64,000 nt of DNA from Octopus vulgaris (GCA_951406725.2 OX597835.1:18662001-18726000), one strand, 5' to 3'. Positions 25,238 through 38,519 are shown, numbered from the stretch's first letter. Program-made: numbers and translations. The notes: generated by a model from the letters alone, not told the origin.

Positions 25238-25376
25238 CGGAATTCAAACTGTTTCCACGTTTGCGATCCAGAAACATATGTCCGCTATTAACGGTAAGTG
25301 ATTGAATTCGTATATTTGCCACTCCGGTTTTGTGTATGTGAGCCGTAAGGGCCTTCGTTTTTGGATTCTCCACTTA

Positions 25377-25600
25377 TAGAAATTGGAAAAACGGTCTTTG
25401 ACTGCCATTTCTAATTCCTTCGGTATGAGGTGAAACAGCCTGCTGTTAGCCTTCTTATTTTTTCTTTACTATATACTGAACCTTACAAAGGTCTTGACAA
25501 TTAATTTGTCGTATTTACATACCGAAATTTACCGGTAAATAATTGTTGGTTACATGATAAACCACAGGAAAATTATTTACCATTTTTATTGAATTATATA
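25377..25600 (+). repeat. Structured (TA)n-abutting repeat terminus (three-helix motif)
   Basis: TAGAAATTGG/CCATTTCTA, TTCGGTATG/CATACCGAA and GGTAAATAATT/AATTATTTACC, then TTGAATTATATA. Confidence 0.65.
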
Positions 25601-25617
25601 AATATATATATATATAT

Positions 25618-26010
25618 TTCAAAGAAGAGTGTATAATTGTGAATAAATCGTAATGATAACGGGGAAGGTTATAAAGCCCTCATATATCTAGAAATAGCAG
25701 TCAAAACAGCTATAATACCACAATGAACACTCAATTATATCTCCTCAACATTAAAAGCTGTCGGCAATCGACATGACATAAAAATTAAAGGTTATTCCTC
25801 TATTGCAATTTCGAAGTTTGGAAACAAAAATAAGTCCATTCTTCTCGTCAGGAGAACATTCCTGTTCATAGAAATTAACACTAAAAACATGTTGCTTAAC
25901 AAGTGTCTCAACTGGTAAGAACAACGTATCAACGTCTATCTACACAATTCAAATTCTGAGTTCAAATGTCGTGCACAGCGTTTATAAGGAGAGACCAGTT
26001 AAACGGACCG
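25618..26010 (-). mobile_element. PLE-type terminal repeat (inverted relative to 24580-24698; direct repeat of 27276-27590)
   Basis: ttcaaagaagagtgtataattgtgaataaatc...ctagaaatagcagtcaaaacagc is shared among the copies. Confidence 0.75.
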
Positions 26011-26020
26011 CATTGGCAAA

Positions 26021-26267
26021 TCTTTATATATAAAAGTGAAGTTGTGTGTCTGTCTCCTACGATTTAGATTCCTAACTACTCCCACATTTTGCGGTGTAGT
26101 TTAACCGAAACCGGGTATCTTATAGTCGTGATTCATATCGAGCCCTTCTGGGTATTAGCGCGCGTCTACGATGAGTCTACGATTGAAAAAAAAATTACCA
26201 TAATTTTTCCGCTTTTTTAATGCATTTTCGCTCGGTTTATATAATGGAGGTAACTCTCTAAAAATGT
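26021..26267 (+). mobile_element. Non-autonomous Helitron, 5' type 2, 3'-truncated
   Basis: Starts A^TCTTTATATATAAAAG and matches the reverse complement of ~53410-53653. Confidence 0.8.
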
Positions 26268-26372
26268 ATTATGAAAGCTTTCATTTAATCAAGATAAATC
26301 TTTGCCTGATAACTTGCCTCTAGTATAAATCTCGCTTGCCCCCTTAACTCTTGTGTGTCTCTGTGTAAATAT

Positions 26373-26403
<31 letters not shown>

Positions 26404-26919
26404 CATACACACTCACACACACGCATATATATATTTAATTAATTAGCTAACAGCGACAGGAGTAGTATTAATACCTAAATCCAATCTTCATATATGTTTC
26501 ATTAGAACACCGAATATTGCGCAATTTACCACGTGAGAACCATTCATATCAACGCATGGTGCCTAAAAGCACTCGTATATCACTGACAGACGAAAGTTTT
26601 CCACCATCTGCGCCGAAACTATTCGATCATATAATTTCGACAAATGCGTTAACTCCAGTTGTAAGTTAGCCGCATCGCATACACTGCACATTGTCAGCAA
26701 TATAAAGAGAGTGTCATTGTCTTTTCGGACAGTATTGCCACAATTAACCAGCAAGGTGATTTAAATGGCACAATCAATAGAGACAGATGTTGTATTAATA
26801 AGAAAACGCGATCTGTATATCCAAAGTTTGTTGTGTTAGAACACAGAATACTACTTTATTTACCTTAAGAGTGACTCATATAAAGATGTACGTTGTATGT
26901 ATGTATGTAGGTATGTATG

Positions 26920-26985
<66 letters not shown>

Positions 26986-27050
26986 GGAGTAAACACATAA
27001 ATGTGAAACAAGGTGGACAAAAGAGTACTCAAATACCAGTGGTAGAGTAA

Positions 27051-27216
27051 TATGCTTTATTTAAAGCAGCAGAAAATTCAACAAAACCTGTTATTCTGAG
27101 TTTCGCGTTGCCGTTCATCGGGTAGTTTTACCATGCTAGCAAAAACTGTCCGATGAACGGCAACGCGAAACTCAGAGTAACAGGTTTTGTTGAATTTTCT
27201 GCTGCTTTAAATAAAG

Positions 27217-27220
<4 letters not shown>
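27051..27220. repeat. 170-bp near-perfect palindrome with hammerhead cores on both strands
   Basis: 27051-27129 is the reverse complement of 27141-27220. It lies between (TA)n tracts. Confidence 0.9.
27142..27188 (+). ncRNA. Type-I hammerhead ribozyme, CCGAUGA core variant
   Basis: AAAACTGT-CCGATGA-A-CG-GCAA-CG-C-GAA-ACT-CAG-AGT-A^-ACAG(G)TTTT. It has stem I, a GNRA-capped stem II, a short stem III and a GUA cleavage site after 27179. Confidence 0.7.
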
Positions 27221-27275
<55 letters not shown>

Positions 27276-27277
<2 letters not shown>

Positions 27278-27590
27278 CAAAGAAGAGTGTATAATTGTGA
27301 ATAAATCATAATGATAACGGGGAAGGTTATAAAGCCCTCATATATCTAGAAATAGCAGTCAAAACAGCTATAATACCACAATACACACTCATGTTATATC
27401 TCCTTAACATTAAAAGCTGTCGGCAATCGACATGACATGAAAATTAAAGGTTATTCTTCTATTGCAATTTCGAAGTTTGGAAACAAAAATATCAAAAAAC
27501 AACGTATCAACGTCTATCTACACAATTCAAATTCTGTGTTCAAATGTCGGGCACAGCGTTAATAAGAAGAGACCAGTTAAACGGACCACG
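27276..27590 (-). mobile_element. PLE-type terminal repeat (copy of 25618-26010 with an internal deletion)
   Basis: Direct sequence match; a further diverged copy lies at ~27745-27880. Confidence 0.75.
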
Positions 27591-27890
27591 TCGAAGAACA
27601 GTGACAAATAATTAATAAAAGTGGAATGGATGTAAAAAAAAACATTACACCAGACGTATCGTAAATAATTCAAAAGGATTTCCGAATATATCAGGGGCCA
27701 GAGCATGCAATAAACAATGTCTTCATAAAACAAAAACAATATATAAATGTGAATAAATCACAATTATAACGGAGAGAGAGCTATAAAAAACCCTTAAATG
27801 TCTAGAAATAACAGTCAAAGCAGTTATTGGGACACTTAAATACTCCTATCTCCTCAAATATAAAAACAGTCGGCCAGCAATACAACACAA

Positions 27891-27954
<64 letters not shown>

Positions 27955-28013
27955 AAAATATTATTGGTGAATTGAAGAAATGGAGCTGAACGCAGATTGA
28001 ACAGAAATCGTTT

Positions 28014-28106
28014 TATTTCATTCTACACGTGTTTCGAAAGGCACAATTTACCAAAATCCGATTGAATAATGGGACCATATTGTGTCTTTCTCTTCAGGAA
28101 GAAATA
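28014..28106 (-). ncRNA. Type-I minimal hammerhead ribozyme with intact core (PLE pseudo-LTR type)
   Basis: Minus strand: TATTTCTTC-CTGAAGA-GAAAGACACAAT...ATTGTGCCTTTC-GAAAC-ACGT-GTA^-GAA(T)GAAATA. Stem II is 12 bp with one mismatch, loop III is palindromic ACGT, and AATAAA and (TA)n follow. Confidence 0.85.
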
Positions 28107-29049
28107 GGAAATCCGTTGGAAAAAACAAAAACAGAACAGAGGCGGAGCAAGACAAATCGAACAAGGCTCCTAAGAGCCCATGGCGAAACTGTTTATCAGT
28201 GTATGTTGAGAACCGGTGGCTGAAGAATTTAACGGGTCAGGCATCGGTCAACCATGTGGGTGAGGGTGTGTAGATGTTCTTTGTGACCGAGAATAAAGTT
28301 CTGACTATTTAAGGAATATTGGATGTTTTATAAGGGGCGAGAAAAAATCTACTTAGAGACGTGTGTGTGTATACTGTTCTATATATGTGTGTGCTGGCGT
28401 AGGGGTAGAAAACATTTTTTGTGTACGTGTGTGCGTTTGATCGTTCGGCTGTCAGTGGCTACTGCAGTGAGAACCGTTGGGTGGCAGAAAAAAAAATATA
28501 TATATATTATGTTTTATGTGTGTGTGTGTTCACCTAGGCCTGCCTTGTCAAGGAAACCCCCCGTTGTGAAAAAACCAAGCCCCGTTTATCTTACAGGAGT
28601 AATTCCCCTTGCAGTGGTTAATCGTAGATATCTTAAAGGCTATTTCAGAATTTGTTACCAAGGGCTATGGGTGCCGGTATTATTTATAAACGCTATTTAA
28701 AAGCCAGATAAGTGTAACGCCGCCAATGGGGGCATCGAAAAGCCGACTGTAAAAGCCCGTTTACCATCCGGCCTCTGGCAAACAAAATATGGAAGAGTTC
28801 GGAGACACAAAGGTTGCACTGCCTTCTGCCCCTATCAAATGTACATATATATATACATATATATATACATAAATACATAAATACATAAATACATACACAC
28901 ATATATACATAAATACATACATACATACATACATATATACATAAATACATACACACACACACACATATATATATAGAGAGAGATACATATACATATATAT
29001 ATGTATATATATACATACACATCCATATATACACACATACACACATATA

Positions 29050-29210
29050 CACATAAACACAGAGCCACGACAGACTTCTCTGCTTTTCTGTCTACCAAAC
29101 TCACTCACAAGGCTTTGGTCAGTAATAAAAGAACGTCCAAGGTACTACGCAGTGGGATTGAATCCAGCACCATGTGGCTGGAAATCAAACCTCTTACCAC
29201 AGTGCCACTC
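29050..29210 (-). mobile_element. Degenerate SINE family A 5' half
   Basis: tctaccaaac.cactcacaaggctttggtc...cgcagtgggattgaa...ttaccacag.gccac. Confidence 0.7.
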
Positions 29211-30946
29211 TGTGAAGAAAATTCGTCTCAAAGAATGATGCTTTCTATTGTCGAAACTGTATCTTTTTTTTAATCTCAGCTGCCATGTGCTGAAAAGCTT
29301 TGCAAGCAACAACCATTTTTTAAAAATTTTATTTGTAATCTCTGTATTTTGTGAAACTATGTTGCGAAAATGCTATCTAGAATATCAAAGTGTACACACT
29401 TTTTACGAGTTGTGAAAGAATTTAAGAATTACCGATAAAAGTCAAAATACCTGCGAAAAAAATAAGTCAAATAATCTCCTTAAACTGTTTTCCCAACTAA
29501 TTCAAATGAAATCATATATTTTCCTAGACAGAAGAGTTTACTATAGATTGGAAAAGAAAGCGAAGGGAAAAGAGATTTTCATTGCTATTTCTGCCATTTT
29601 AGATCCGCTTAATGCATAAGTCTTATTGTGACACACAAATTCTTTGTATTGTCATATTGGTAGAATCATTAAGCACGTTGGACAAAATAACTTAGTGTCA
29701 ATTTTTAGCTTCAGGGTACAAATCTTATTACGTCAACGTACTTTTAATCATTACACAGCGGATTAAATAATGTGCCAGCGAAATGTTTGGGCGATGGATT
29801 GTGTATAAATCAGTAACCACCATCTTATAGATAAGATTAAAGGTGCAAAATGCAGCGAGCGAGCTGAATAAATAGCACCACGAGCAAAATGCTTTGCGAT
29901 GTGTCATCTCAGTGTACGTTCTTAGTTCAAATTTTACCATGGTCAGTTTTTTGGGGTTGATAACATCATTGGTAGTGAAGAACTGGGATCAGTTTGGTCT
30001 TGCGCCAAAGTTCGACAGAAATATTAGAGTTGCCAGCGCCGAGAATTGTTATTGCTTTAGGTAAAAGTCTATTTTGGTTTATCTCTCATCTTCTGATTCC
30101 TCGGTTCCAAATCCATCGAGGTGAACCAAACTTTTCGTCATTTCGCAGGTCGATAAAATAAAGTACAACTCAAACCTCGTTGTCGATGTGATCGAGTAAA
30201 AAAACTCCCATCACAATGTCTGATATAGGATGACTATCCGAAATATTAGCTAAAGTATTCTATAACTACCAGAAATATTAGCTAAAATATTCTATAACTA
30301 TTGTATCAAACCAAAAGTAATAAATAGCTTGCATGTAGAATGTTATGATGTTGTCTGAATTTGTCTCGTTTTGAAAGCATTTTGATATAAATTTGGCAAG
30401 GCAGGGTGCAAGTATGCAGGGCTATAAATAATAACGACTTAGACACATATGAATTGTTCGCAGTGAGTTCAGGCTGCTGCTCAGTGAAAAGATGAATGTC
30501 CGCATGGCAAGATGTGAACCACGAATGGCTGATATTAATTTTCTAATATATTGCAGCAGTCTGGTAATATATAATATTCTTATGTAAGTACAATCAGGTA
30601 TATTTTAGAGTGCATTGTTTCGAATGAACTCAGAAGATGCTTTGTCCTTTCAAAGATCTTTTCGTCAAAGAAATACATGAATGGAATTTAAACACACACA
30701 CACACACACACACAACACATTCCCTGAAACACACACACACACACACAAACACACATGTACACACAAACACATGCACACAAAGACACACCCTTTCTCACAC
30801 TCATACACACAGACGCACACACAGAATACCACAAACGCAGACACACACAAGGACACACACACACAAACACACACACACAAACACACATACACACAGACAC
30901 ACATATACGCAGACATATATGTATATACACATAGAGTACGCACATG

Positions 30947-30977
<31 letters not shown>

Positions 30978-31914
30978 TCGTATACATATGTATGGATAAA
31001 TATATACATGCATATACACACACACACACAGAGGCACACAAATACAACACACACACCACACATAAACAGGCACACAAACACAAACAAACACTCACACACG
31101 TATATGTTCAAAGAAATTCAAAAGAATTGCGAAATGGTTTGCATCAGTGAAATTTCTTTTCTCCTACCTCCAACAACCTTTTAACCAATATATTACGTGT
31201 TTTTTTTCTTTCTTTTGTTTGGCAAGCAATTGTATTCTTGTTTGCCAAAGAAGGTTTCTTGGTACAAATGCTAAATTATATTGTTATAATGGCAGGAAAT
31301 TCCCATATTAGAACACTCCAATCTATAAATACATAAATAAAAAAAAAACACGTAAACAAAATATCTAAATAAATAGATAAATAAATAAATAAGTATACAA
31401 AACGAACAAGAATCAGCATAAATGCAAAATACCAATTTCTGAATTAAAACAAGAGAAAGATTTAAAAATAAAGGAAACTTAATATAGATTTGATTATTTT
31501 AGCAAACCATTATATAAAGGAAACGTTACATGTTGTATTGTTAAACAAATTCGTATTTTTGTTTGGTATGGCTGTTTCTGATTGATCCCATTATGTCTTC
31601 CAAAGTCAATAATCTTTGTTTGTCGTTGTTTGAATTCGGATATATTTAATGCATCTATTGCTGTACAGATAACATGCGTTGCGTAAATGTATTCTCATGT
31701 ATATATGTATGTATTATGTGTGCATGTACGTATGTATGTATGTATGCACTTTGTTTATGTGGGTGTGTTTCTTTGGGTGTGTGAGCGTGTACATGGTTAT
31801 ATATGCAAATGTCATGATATATATGTATATGTATGTATATGTCTACACATAAGCATACACACACATATATATATATATATATGTATATATATGCATATAT
31901 GTGTGTATATATTC

Positions 31915-32000
<86 letters not shown>

Positions 32001-32077
32001 AAGACATGCATACTCAAGCCTATACGCATTTATAAAATTGTGCATGTAGGTGTCTACATATGTATCCATATGTATAC

Positions 32078-32128
<51 letters not shown>

Positions 32129-32707
32129 CATGTGTGCCTGAGTGTGTGCATGTATGTATATACAGAAGGAGAGATAAAAGCACATAAGTACGATTAGTTT
32201 GTAAATTAAGGTAAACTGATGTCAAAATGTGGAAGGACAAACAGACACACACACACACATGCATACACATACACGCACACACATGCACAGACACACGCAT
32301 ATATATTCGCAGTTGTGTATATTTACGTAATTAATTTTGTTTTTATACGGAATACTATGAGTTATTCATGACATTAGATTATCTAGGGACACAGATGTCA
32401 AAGTGAAAGTGAAATAAGAAAGATTTGCTTATACAGCAAATACTTAGATTCTTCTAGAAAGTAGCATGAATGTCACATGGCTGTAGGATATAAAATAACA
32501 ATAAAATATACCACGTTCAATGTGGAATTCAATGTCTACCAATATTTTACGCTTTCCTCCTGTATTATAAATGCATGACACGCAACTCACAAACAAAGCC
32601 AATTACACACACATGCGTGCACAGATATCGACGAAGTCAAATACAGCCGTAAGCAAAACAGCCAACGAGCACAATGACATCGTAATAATAATAATAATAA
32701 TAATAAT

Positions 32708-33060
32708 GAGATTGAAACTATAAACCACCTAACCTCAGGGTGAAGAGTCTTAGCACCTGTAGATATATAAAGCAAGACATGACAGAGTCGGCCAATGTTT
32801 ACACTGGACAATATGTCGGCATTATGAAATCAAAACCGCTGACAAATGGTATGAACACAATCCTGAAGCTGTGACTGAGGGATAAAATGTGTCGATTCTC
32901 TGGGACTTCCCTGTACATACCGACAAAACTATATAAGCTAATAAACCGGATATTATTATAAATGATTAGACAAAAAAGTTGTGTTTATTAATTGACATGA
33001 GTATACCTTGCGACCACAATATAGCGGCGAAAGAATTTGACAATTTCAGTAAATATAAAG
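32708..33060 (+). mobile_element. R4/Dong-type retrotransposon fragment (zinc knuckle + RLE) after (TAA)n
   Basis: ETINHLTSG*RVLA..YKARHDRVGQCLHWTICRHY...KWYEHNPEAV...SILWDFPVHTDKTI*ANKPDII...LLIDMSIPCD. Confidence 0.88.
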
Positions 33061-33099
33061 GCCGATTACAGCTTGGCACCTGTGACATCGCAACACATT

Positions 33100-33238
33100 T
33101 CTAGAGTTGAGGGAACTGGGGCAACATGAAATAAAGTGTCTTGCTCAAGAACACAACACGCAGCCCGGTCCGGGATTCGAAGTTACAAGCTCACGATCGT
33201 AAGCTCGACGCTCTAACCACTGAGCCATGCGCCTTCAC
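33100..33238 (-). mobile_element. tRNA-derived SINE 5' part (related to family C, CORE-like)
   Basis: Minus head GTGAAGGCGCATGGCTCAGTGGTTAGAGCG...TTCGAATCCCGG, then GTTCTTGAGCAAGACACTTTA. Confidence 0.75.
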
Positions 33239-33290
33239 ACACACACACACATATATATGTATATTATATTATGTGTATATATATTTATAT

Positions 33291-33337
<47 letters not shown>

Positions 33338-33339
33338 TG

Positions 33340-33413
<74 letters not shown>

Positions 33414-33631
33414 AAAGGGCTTAGTATATATGTATATGTATATTTTATGTATGTGTATATATATATGTATATATGTATGTATATATGGTATATATATATA
33501 TAAATAAATATTCAATATATATATATATTATATATATATGAAAATATATATATATTAGATGTTTTAAAAGTTTTTAGTGCATTTCTGAGTTCAGTATGCG
33601 GCAAATATTTATTTTCTAAGCCCTTTTATAT

Positions 33632-33669
<38 letters not shown>

Positions 33670-34498
33670 TATATAGCTGATACTATATATATATCTTTAT
33701 ATTGACCAAGCTATATGATATTCGTATGCCAAAGTAATTTTTTACTAAGCCTTTATATATTAATAATTTGAATTCGCCTTATATACTATATATAATATAC
33801 ATACATACATACACACACACACAGACTGATGAATTTGTTTTACCAGATTCCTGATGTGAAATCGTCTATTTGAATAAATATTGTTATACTTTGTGGGGAT
33901 GGTCACAGAAGTGGTAAGAGAAGTATGACAAATAAACTAAAAATAATAAATCTAAACAGAATATGAGTTAAATAGAGTGTACGTTTAATAAGCAACATAT
34001 GACAATAACCAAATGTATTAATTCATATAAAATAATGGTTTTACATTTCGGCCCCCTCATAAAATATTTCTGCCAGAAAGCCAGATATTTTGTAGAACGA
34101 TGGAAATCGACTCGTTTATATCGACTCCAATATTTAAGAGGTAACTTTTTTAGTGATTCGAGATGATGAAATGCTAAGTTGATAACGGTAGACATGAACT
34201 CAAAAAGTAAAGCTTCCCAAGAAAAACCGCTATGCATTGTGTGCCAATGCCACGCCTTATATATTTGTATAACAATAATTTTCGTTGTGTTTTAGCAGAA
34301 GGCCAGTAATGTTGAGGGGGAAGAAAACCGATTGTGTCACCCTAGTGCTCTAGTGGCACTTATTTTGTCAATACCAGAAGAATGAAAGGCAGAGCCGAGG
34401 TTTTGAACTTAGAACGTAAATATTCAGAAGAAATATTGTTAGCTATTTTTTCCAGCTTGCTAAAGATTCTACTAGAACATATTGGTAATACTTTAGGG

Positions 34499-34717
34499 CA
34501 GTGGTTTTCAACCAGGCTTCCGCGGAACCTTATGCTTCCGCCAGCACAGTCCAGGGGTTCCGCAAGAAGTTACAAAACTGCTAAAATCGGCAGTAATTTT
34601 TAATTCTCCTGTGAAGATATGTGTGCATAAGACTATTAAATTATTGCACAGGGGTTCCTCAAGCCAGTGGAATGTTTCCTTGGGGTTCCGCTCCAGCAAA
34701 AAGTTTGAAAAGTACTG
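34499..34717. mobile_element. Non-autonomous hAT-type MITE
   Basis: TIRs CAGTGGTTTTCAACC / CAGTACTTTTCAAAC, 8-bp TSD CTTTAGGG / CTTTCGGG, and subterminal GGGGTTCC repeats. Confidence 0.85.
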
Positions 34718-35378
34718 CTTTCGGGTAATAATAACTAATCATTAACATGAAGAAATCAAATACACCTACACACAGCCAAATGCGTTTTTGATATACTGCG
34801 GTTGTCGATGCTTAAACAAAACAAGGTCATATCATTGCCATATTAACTTAAATACACTTTGTTTCAACATGGCTAATTAGAAATTGATAATTAGTGTGTA
34901 ACAGTTTTTTTTTTCCTCATATGTTATTTATTTTTGGGGAAATTAATATTTTGTAAAACTGTCCTGCAATTCTTTTATTCATCAGATGTTTCCATGAAAT
35001 GAACTTCAAGCATAGAGAAGTAATTAGGTGTTAATGAATATCAAAATAATTCAGTCAGGTCACTAGAGCAAACAGACGAGTTCTCTGAACTCATGTACTC
35101 CAGTGCAGTGAGGTCAAACATATTTATTTTGTTATTAATTGAGTCAAGTTAATGAACTTGAGGTCGATTGGATGACTTTGTATAATCAGGAGAGCATTAA
35201 GAAAAAATAATAAAATACACCTTCAAGGAATATTGTTATTACATTTTAAGTATTTATTATAGAAAAAAATAGATTGATTCTTGTCGTACTCCATTCTAAA
35301 GACAATCCAAATTATTACCTCTAAGTCCTTGGCTATTTAGCAGAAATACATAACTGAAATCTGAATATTTTAAGAGCA

Positions 35379-36085
35379 TAGCGGTTCGGCAAAAGAGACC
35401 GATAGAGTAAGTACTGGGCTTACAAAGAATAAGTCCCGGGGTCGATTTGTACGACTAAAGGCGGTGCTCCAGCATGGCCGCAGTCAAAAGACTGAAACAA
35501 GTAAAAGAGTAAAGAGTAAAAGAGAGTTTCTTTTGCCCATCTAAGTCACGCGGTCAAGGTGGAACATCGATTTGAAGGGGTTATTGAAACAAGTCAACAA
35601 CAGGCCCTATATTGTCTGAAGTCAGGTTTTTTCTTAAAACAGTCGTTCAGTCGAACCGCTAAGTTACAGCAAATCAAGGTAAGCAAAATCAGTTGTCAGG
35701 CAGTGTTCTCTGTCTGTCCGTTTGTCTATTTTTCTTCAATATATATTCTTTTATTCTTTTATTTGTTTCAGTTATTACATTCTGGTCACGCTGCAGCAAG
35801 GCTTTTAGTCGAACAAATAGACCCCAGGACTTATTCGGTGTAAGCCCAGAACTTATTCTATCGGTCTGTTTTATCTTATCGGTGTTGCTAAGGCGCTAAG
35901 TTGCGGGAACGTAAAGACATCAACATCGGTTGTTAAGCGATGGTGGGTGGGGACAAACACAGACATACAAATACATACATACAAATATATATATATATAT
36001 ATATGTATACACCAAGGGCTTCTTTCAGTTTCCGCCTACCAAATGCGTTCACAAGGCTCTGGTCGGCCCGAGGCCGTAATAGAAG
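35379..36085. mobile_element. SINE family A 3' part (+, 35379-35527) and an older family A copy (-, ~35745-36085)
   Basis: Both match 15400-15537 or its reverse complement. Confidence 0.8.
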
Positions 36086-36272
36086 GCTCTCACATATACT
36101 CACACGGGCACACATACATACAAAAATGATGCATGCATATGTATTTATGTATGTACGTACACATAACAACAAACACCTTGAATGACTCTCTCTCTCATAA
36201 AAATACACATATATAAAAGCATAGAAACGTACATACAAAAACACACGTGTGCCTGTGTAACCGTCCTGAGAA

Positions 36273-36316
<44 letters not shown>

Positions 36317-36738
36317 GAAGAAGAGGAGAACATTGCAAAGAATGAATGAAATAAGGATGAAATGAAAAAATTCTGTAAAGGAAAGCTCGTTAAAAACTAT
36401 CTTGTACGGAATATTTAAATATTTCTTTCAGTAATTCATTGTGGTTGTTTTTAGAGATAGTGTGCTAAAATTTGAAATGAAGGGAAATTTCGCCGTTGCT
36501 ACGTCGATATCGAAAGTTGATATTAAGAAACCTTTTTAAAGAAGTGAACCATATAAAGAAAGCAATATTATGTAATTTTAGCAAAAAGAAATTCAAATGA
36601 AGACCCTTACAATTGCCCGAGGTCAAAAGTATGGAAGCAATTGGTGAAGCCGTTTTCGCGCGGAAAGCGAACAAACATATATCTCTATTTTATATATTAG
36701 ATAGATACTTGGTGGTTGTGTGTGTTTGTGTATATATG

Positions 36739-36793
<55 letters not shown>

Positions 36794-37478
36794 GTGTGTG
36801 TGTGTGTGTGTGTCTGTGTTTATGTGTGTGTGTGTATGTATGTAGAGATATATTTATATAAATACATATATATATATATTTAACTTACTTGAAAAATTAT
36901 GCGTGGCATTCGATCATATAATAATATAAATAATATATAAATATATGCATATACACAGACATATATGTACATACCTAGATATTTATGTATATTTACATGC
37001 ATATATGAGTACAGGACATCAAAAAACGTTGAACACAATGAGAAACGAAAACATAAAAGCAAAAACATAGAAAACGAACATTTTTTCGAGCAACAAAAAA
37101 AAAAAAACAACAGAAAAACGAGTCATGCAACATAAGGAATATTCCCTTTCTTCAGTTGTCCCTTTTTCTTCTACTCCACGTATATACTTATATGTGTGTG
37201 TATGTGTGTGTATGTGTGTGTGTGCATGTATGTGTTGTGGTGTGAGTGTGTCCCCGTGTGTCAGTGTTTGTCACGCTCCACTACTTAATGAGATGTGTTA
37301 GTGTGTTTATGTCCCCGTAACTTAGCGGTCCGGCAAAAGAGATCGCCGGAACAAGTACCAGGCTTAAAAATTAGGACTGAGAGCGATTCATTCCACAAAA
37401 ATTCATCAACGCGATGCTGCAGCATGTTCATGATCTAGTGAATGCAACATCTAAAAGAGAGATGATACATGTGAGCGA

Positions 37479-37708
37479 ATGTGTATGTGTGCGTGTGTGT
37501 GTGTGTGCGTGTGTCTGTGTGTGTGTCTGTGTGTCTGTGTGTGTGTGTGTCTGTGTATATGTGTGTGTATATGTGTGTGTATGTTTGTGTGTATGTGTGT
37601 GTGTATGTGTGTGTGTATGTGTGTGTGCGTGTGTATATGTGTGTGTATATGTGTGTGTATATGTGTGTGTCTGTGTGTGTGTGTGTGCGCGCGCGCGCGT
37701 GTGTGTGT

Positions 37709-37739
<31 letters not shown>

Positions 37740-37748
37740 CTCTGTGTG
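37479..37748. repeat. (TG)n-rich compound microsatellite with a (CG)n core
   Basis: Read directly. Confidence 0.95.
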
Positions 37749-38519
37749 TTTTGTATGGCGTGATCGTTGTTGCCTGAATCAGTTTTAGAAGGTTCGTGAA
37801 TTTCCCCGCTGTCGTCTGACATTATGGAATTCATCTGTGTATTTACGTGCGATTTCTTTGCGTGACTATATGAATTTTTCAGCCATTCTAAGGCTATCTT
37901 TTCTTTTACATCTTGCAAGTAACCTCAAAGAAAAAAATCAAAAAAAAAATCGAAACCATGAAAGAAAAAAAAACACCTGAAAATATAACACCTACATATT
38001 CTCTCCGGAGCTAACATGGAAACCCCTTAAGTCCTTGCAGTTGCATGTTTCTATATAATTACATTCCAGTCTACACAAACAACCTTCAATGATACAGTAT
38101 AGCGCACGTGCCAATGATGCAAACACACAGACACACACACACACAGGCACACACATACACAGACACACACACATACACACACATACACACACCTACATTC
38201 ACGCACATACATAAACACACTAGCGTACAAATTTTTTGACGCATCCCTCAGCATCTGTACAGGCAATTTATATTTTAACATTATTATTTGAAAGATTAAG
38301 TCAGATCGAAAATATCCTGCAAAGCATATGGTTGTGAAGCATGTGAAATAGCTTTTAACTAAATAGTAATATATCTTTATACAATTAAGACGTTGTTAGG
38401 TCGTCAAGTGAAGTGTGTTGTGGTATTTTTACTCCGAGATCAAATCCCGCTGAAGTCAATTTTGATTTTTCTCAGTCCAAGTTGGTGTTATAATAATATA
38501 ATAATATGATATAATAATA

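Noticed and set aside
25688-25710. CTAGAAATAGCAGTCAAAA resembles the Cas9 sgRNA scaffold CTAGAAATAGCAAGTTAAAA
   Set aside because: The match is short and spans the synthetic GAAA linker. There are no CRISPR repeats or cas genes, and it is the reverse complement of the repeat-terminus motif.
33411-33785. Scrambled, deletion-ridden pieces of the 45449-45640 motif
   Set aside because: Many small deletions within a (TA)n field suggest decay or low consensus accuracy, so I did not use them as independent evidence.
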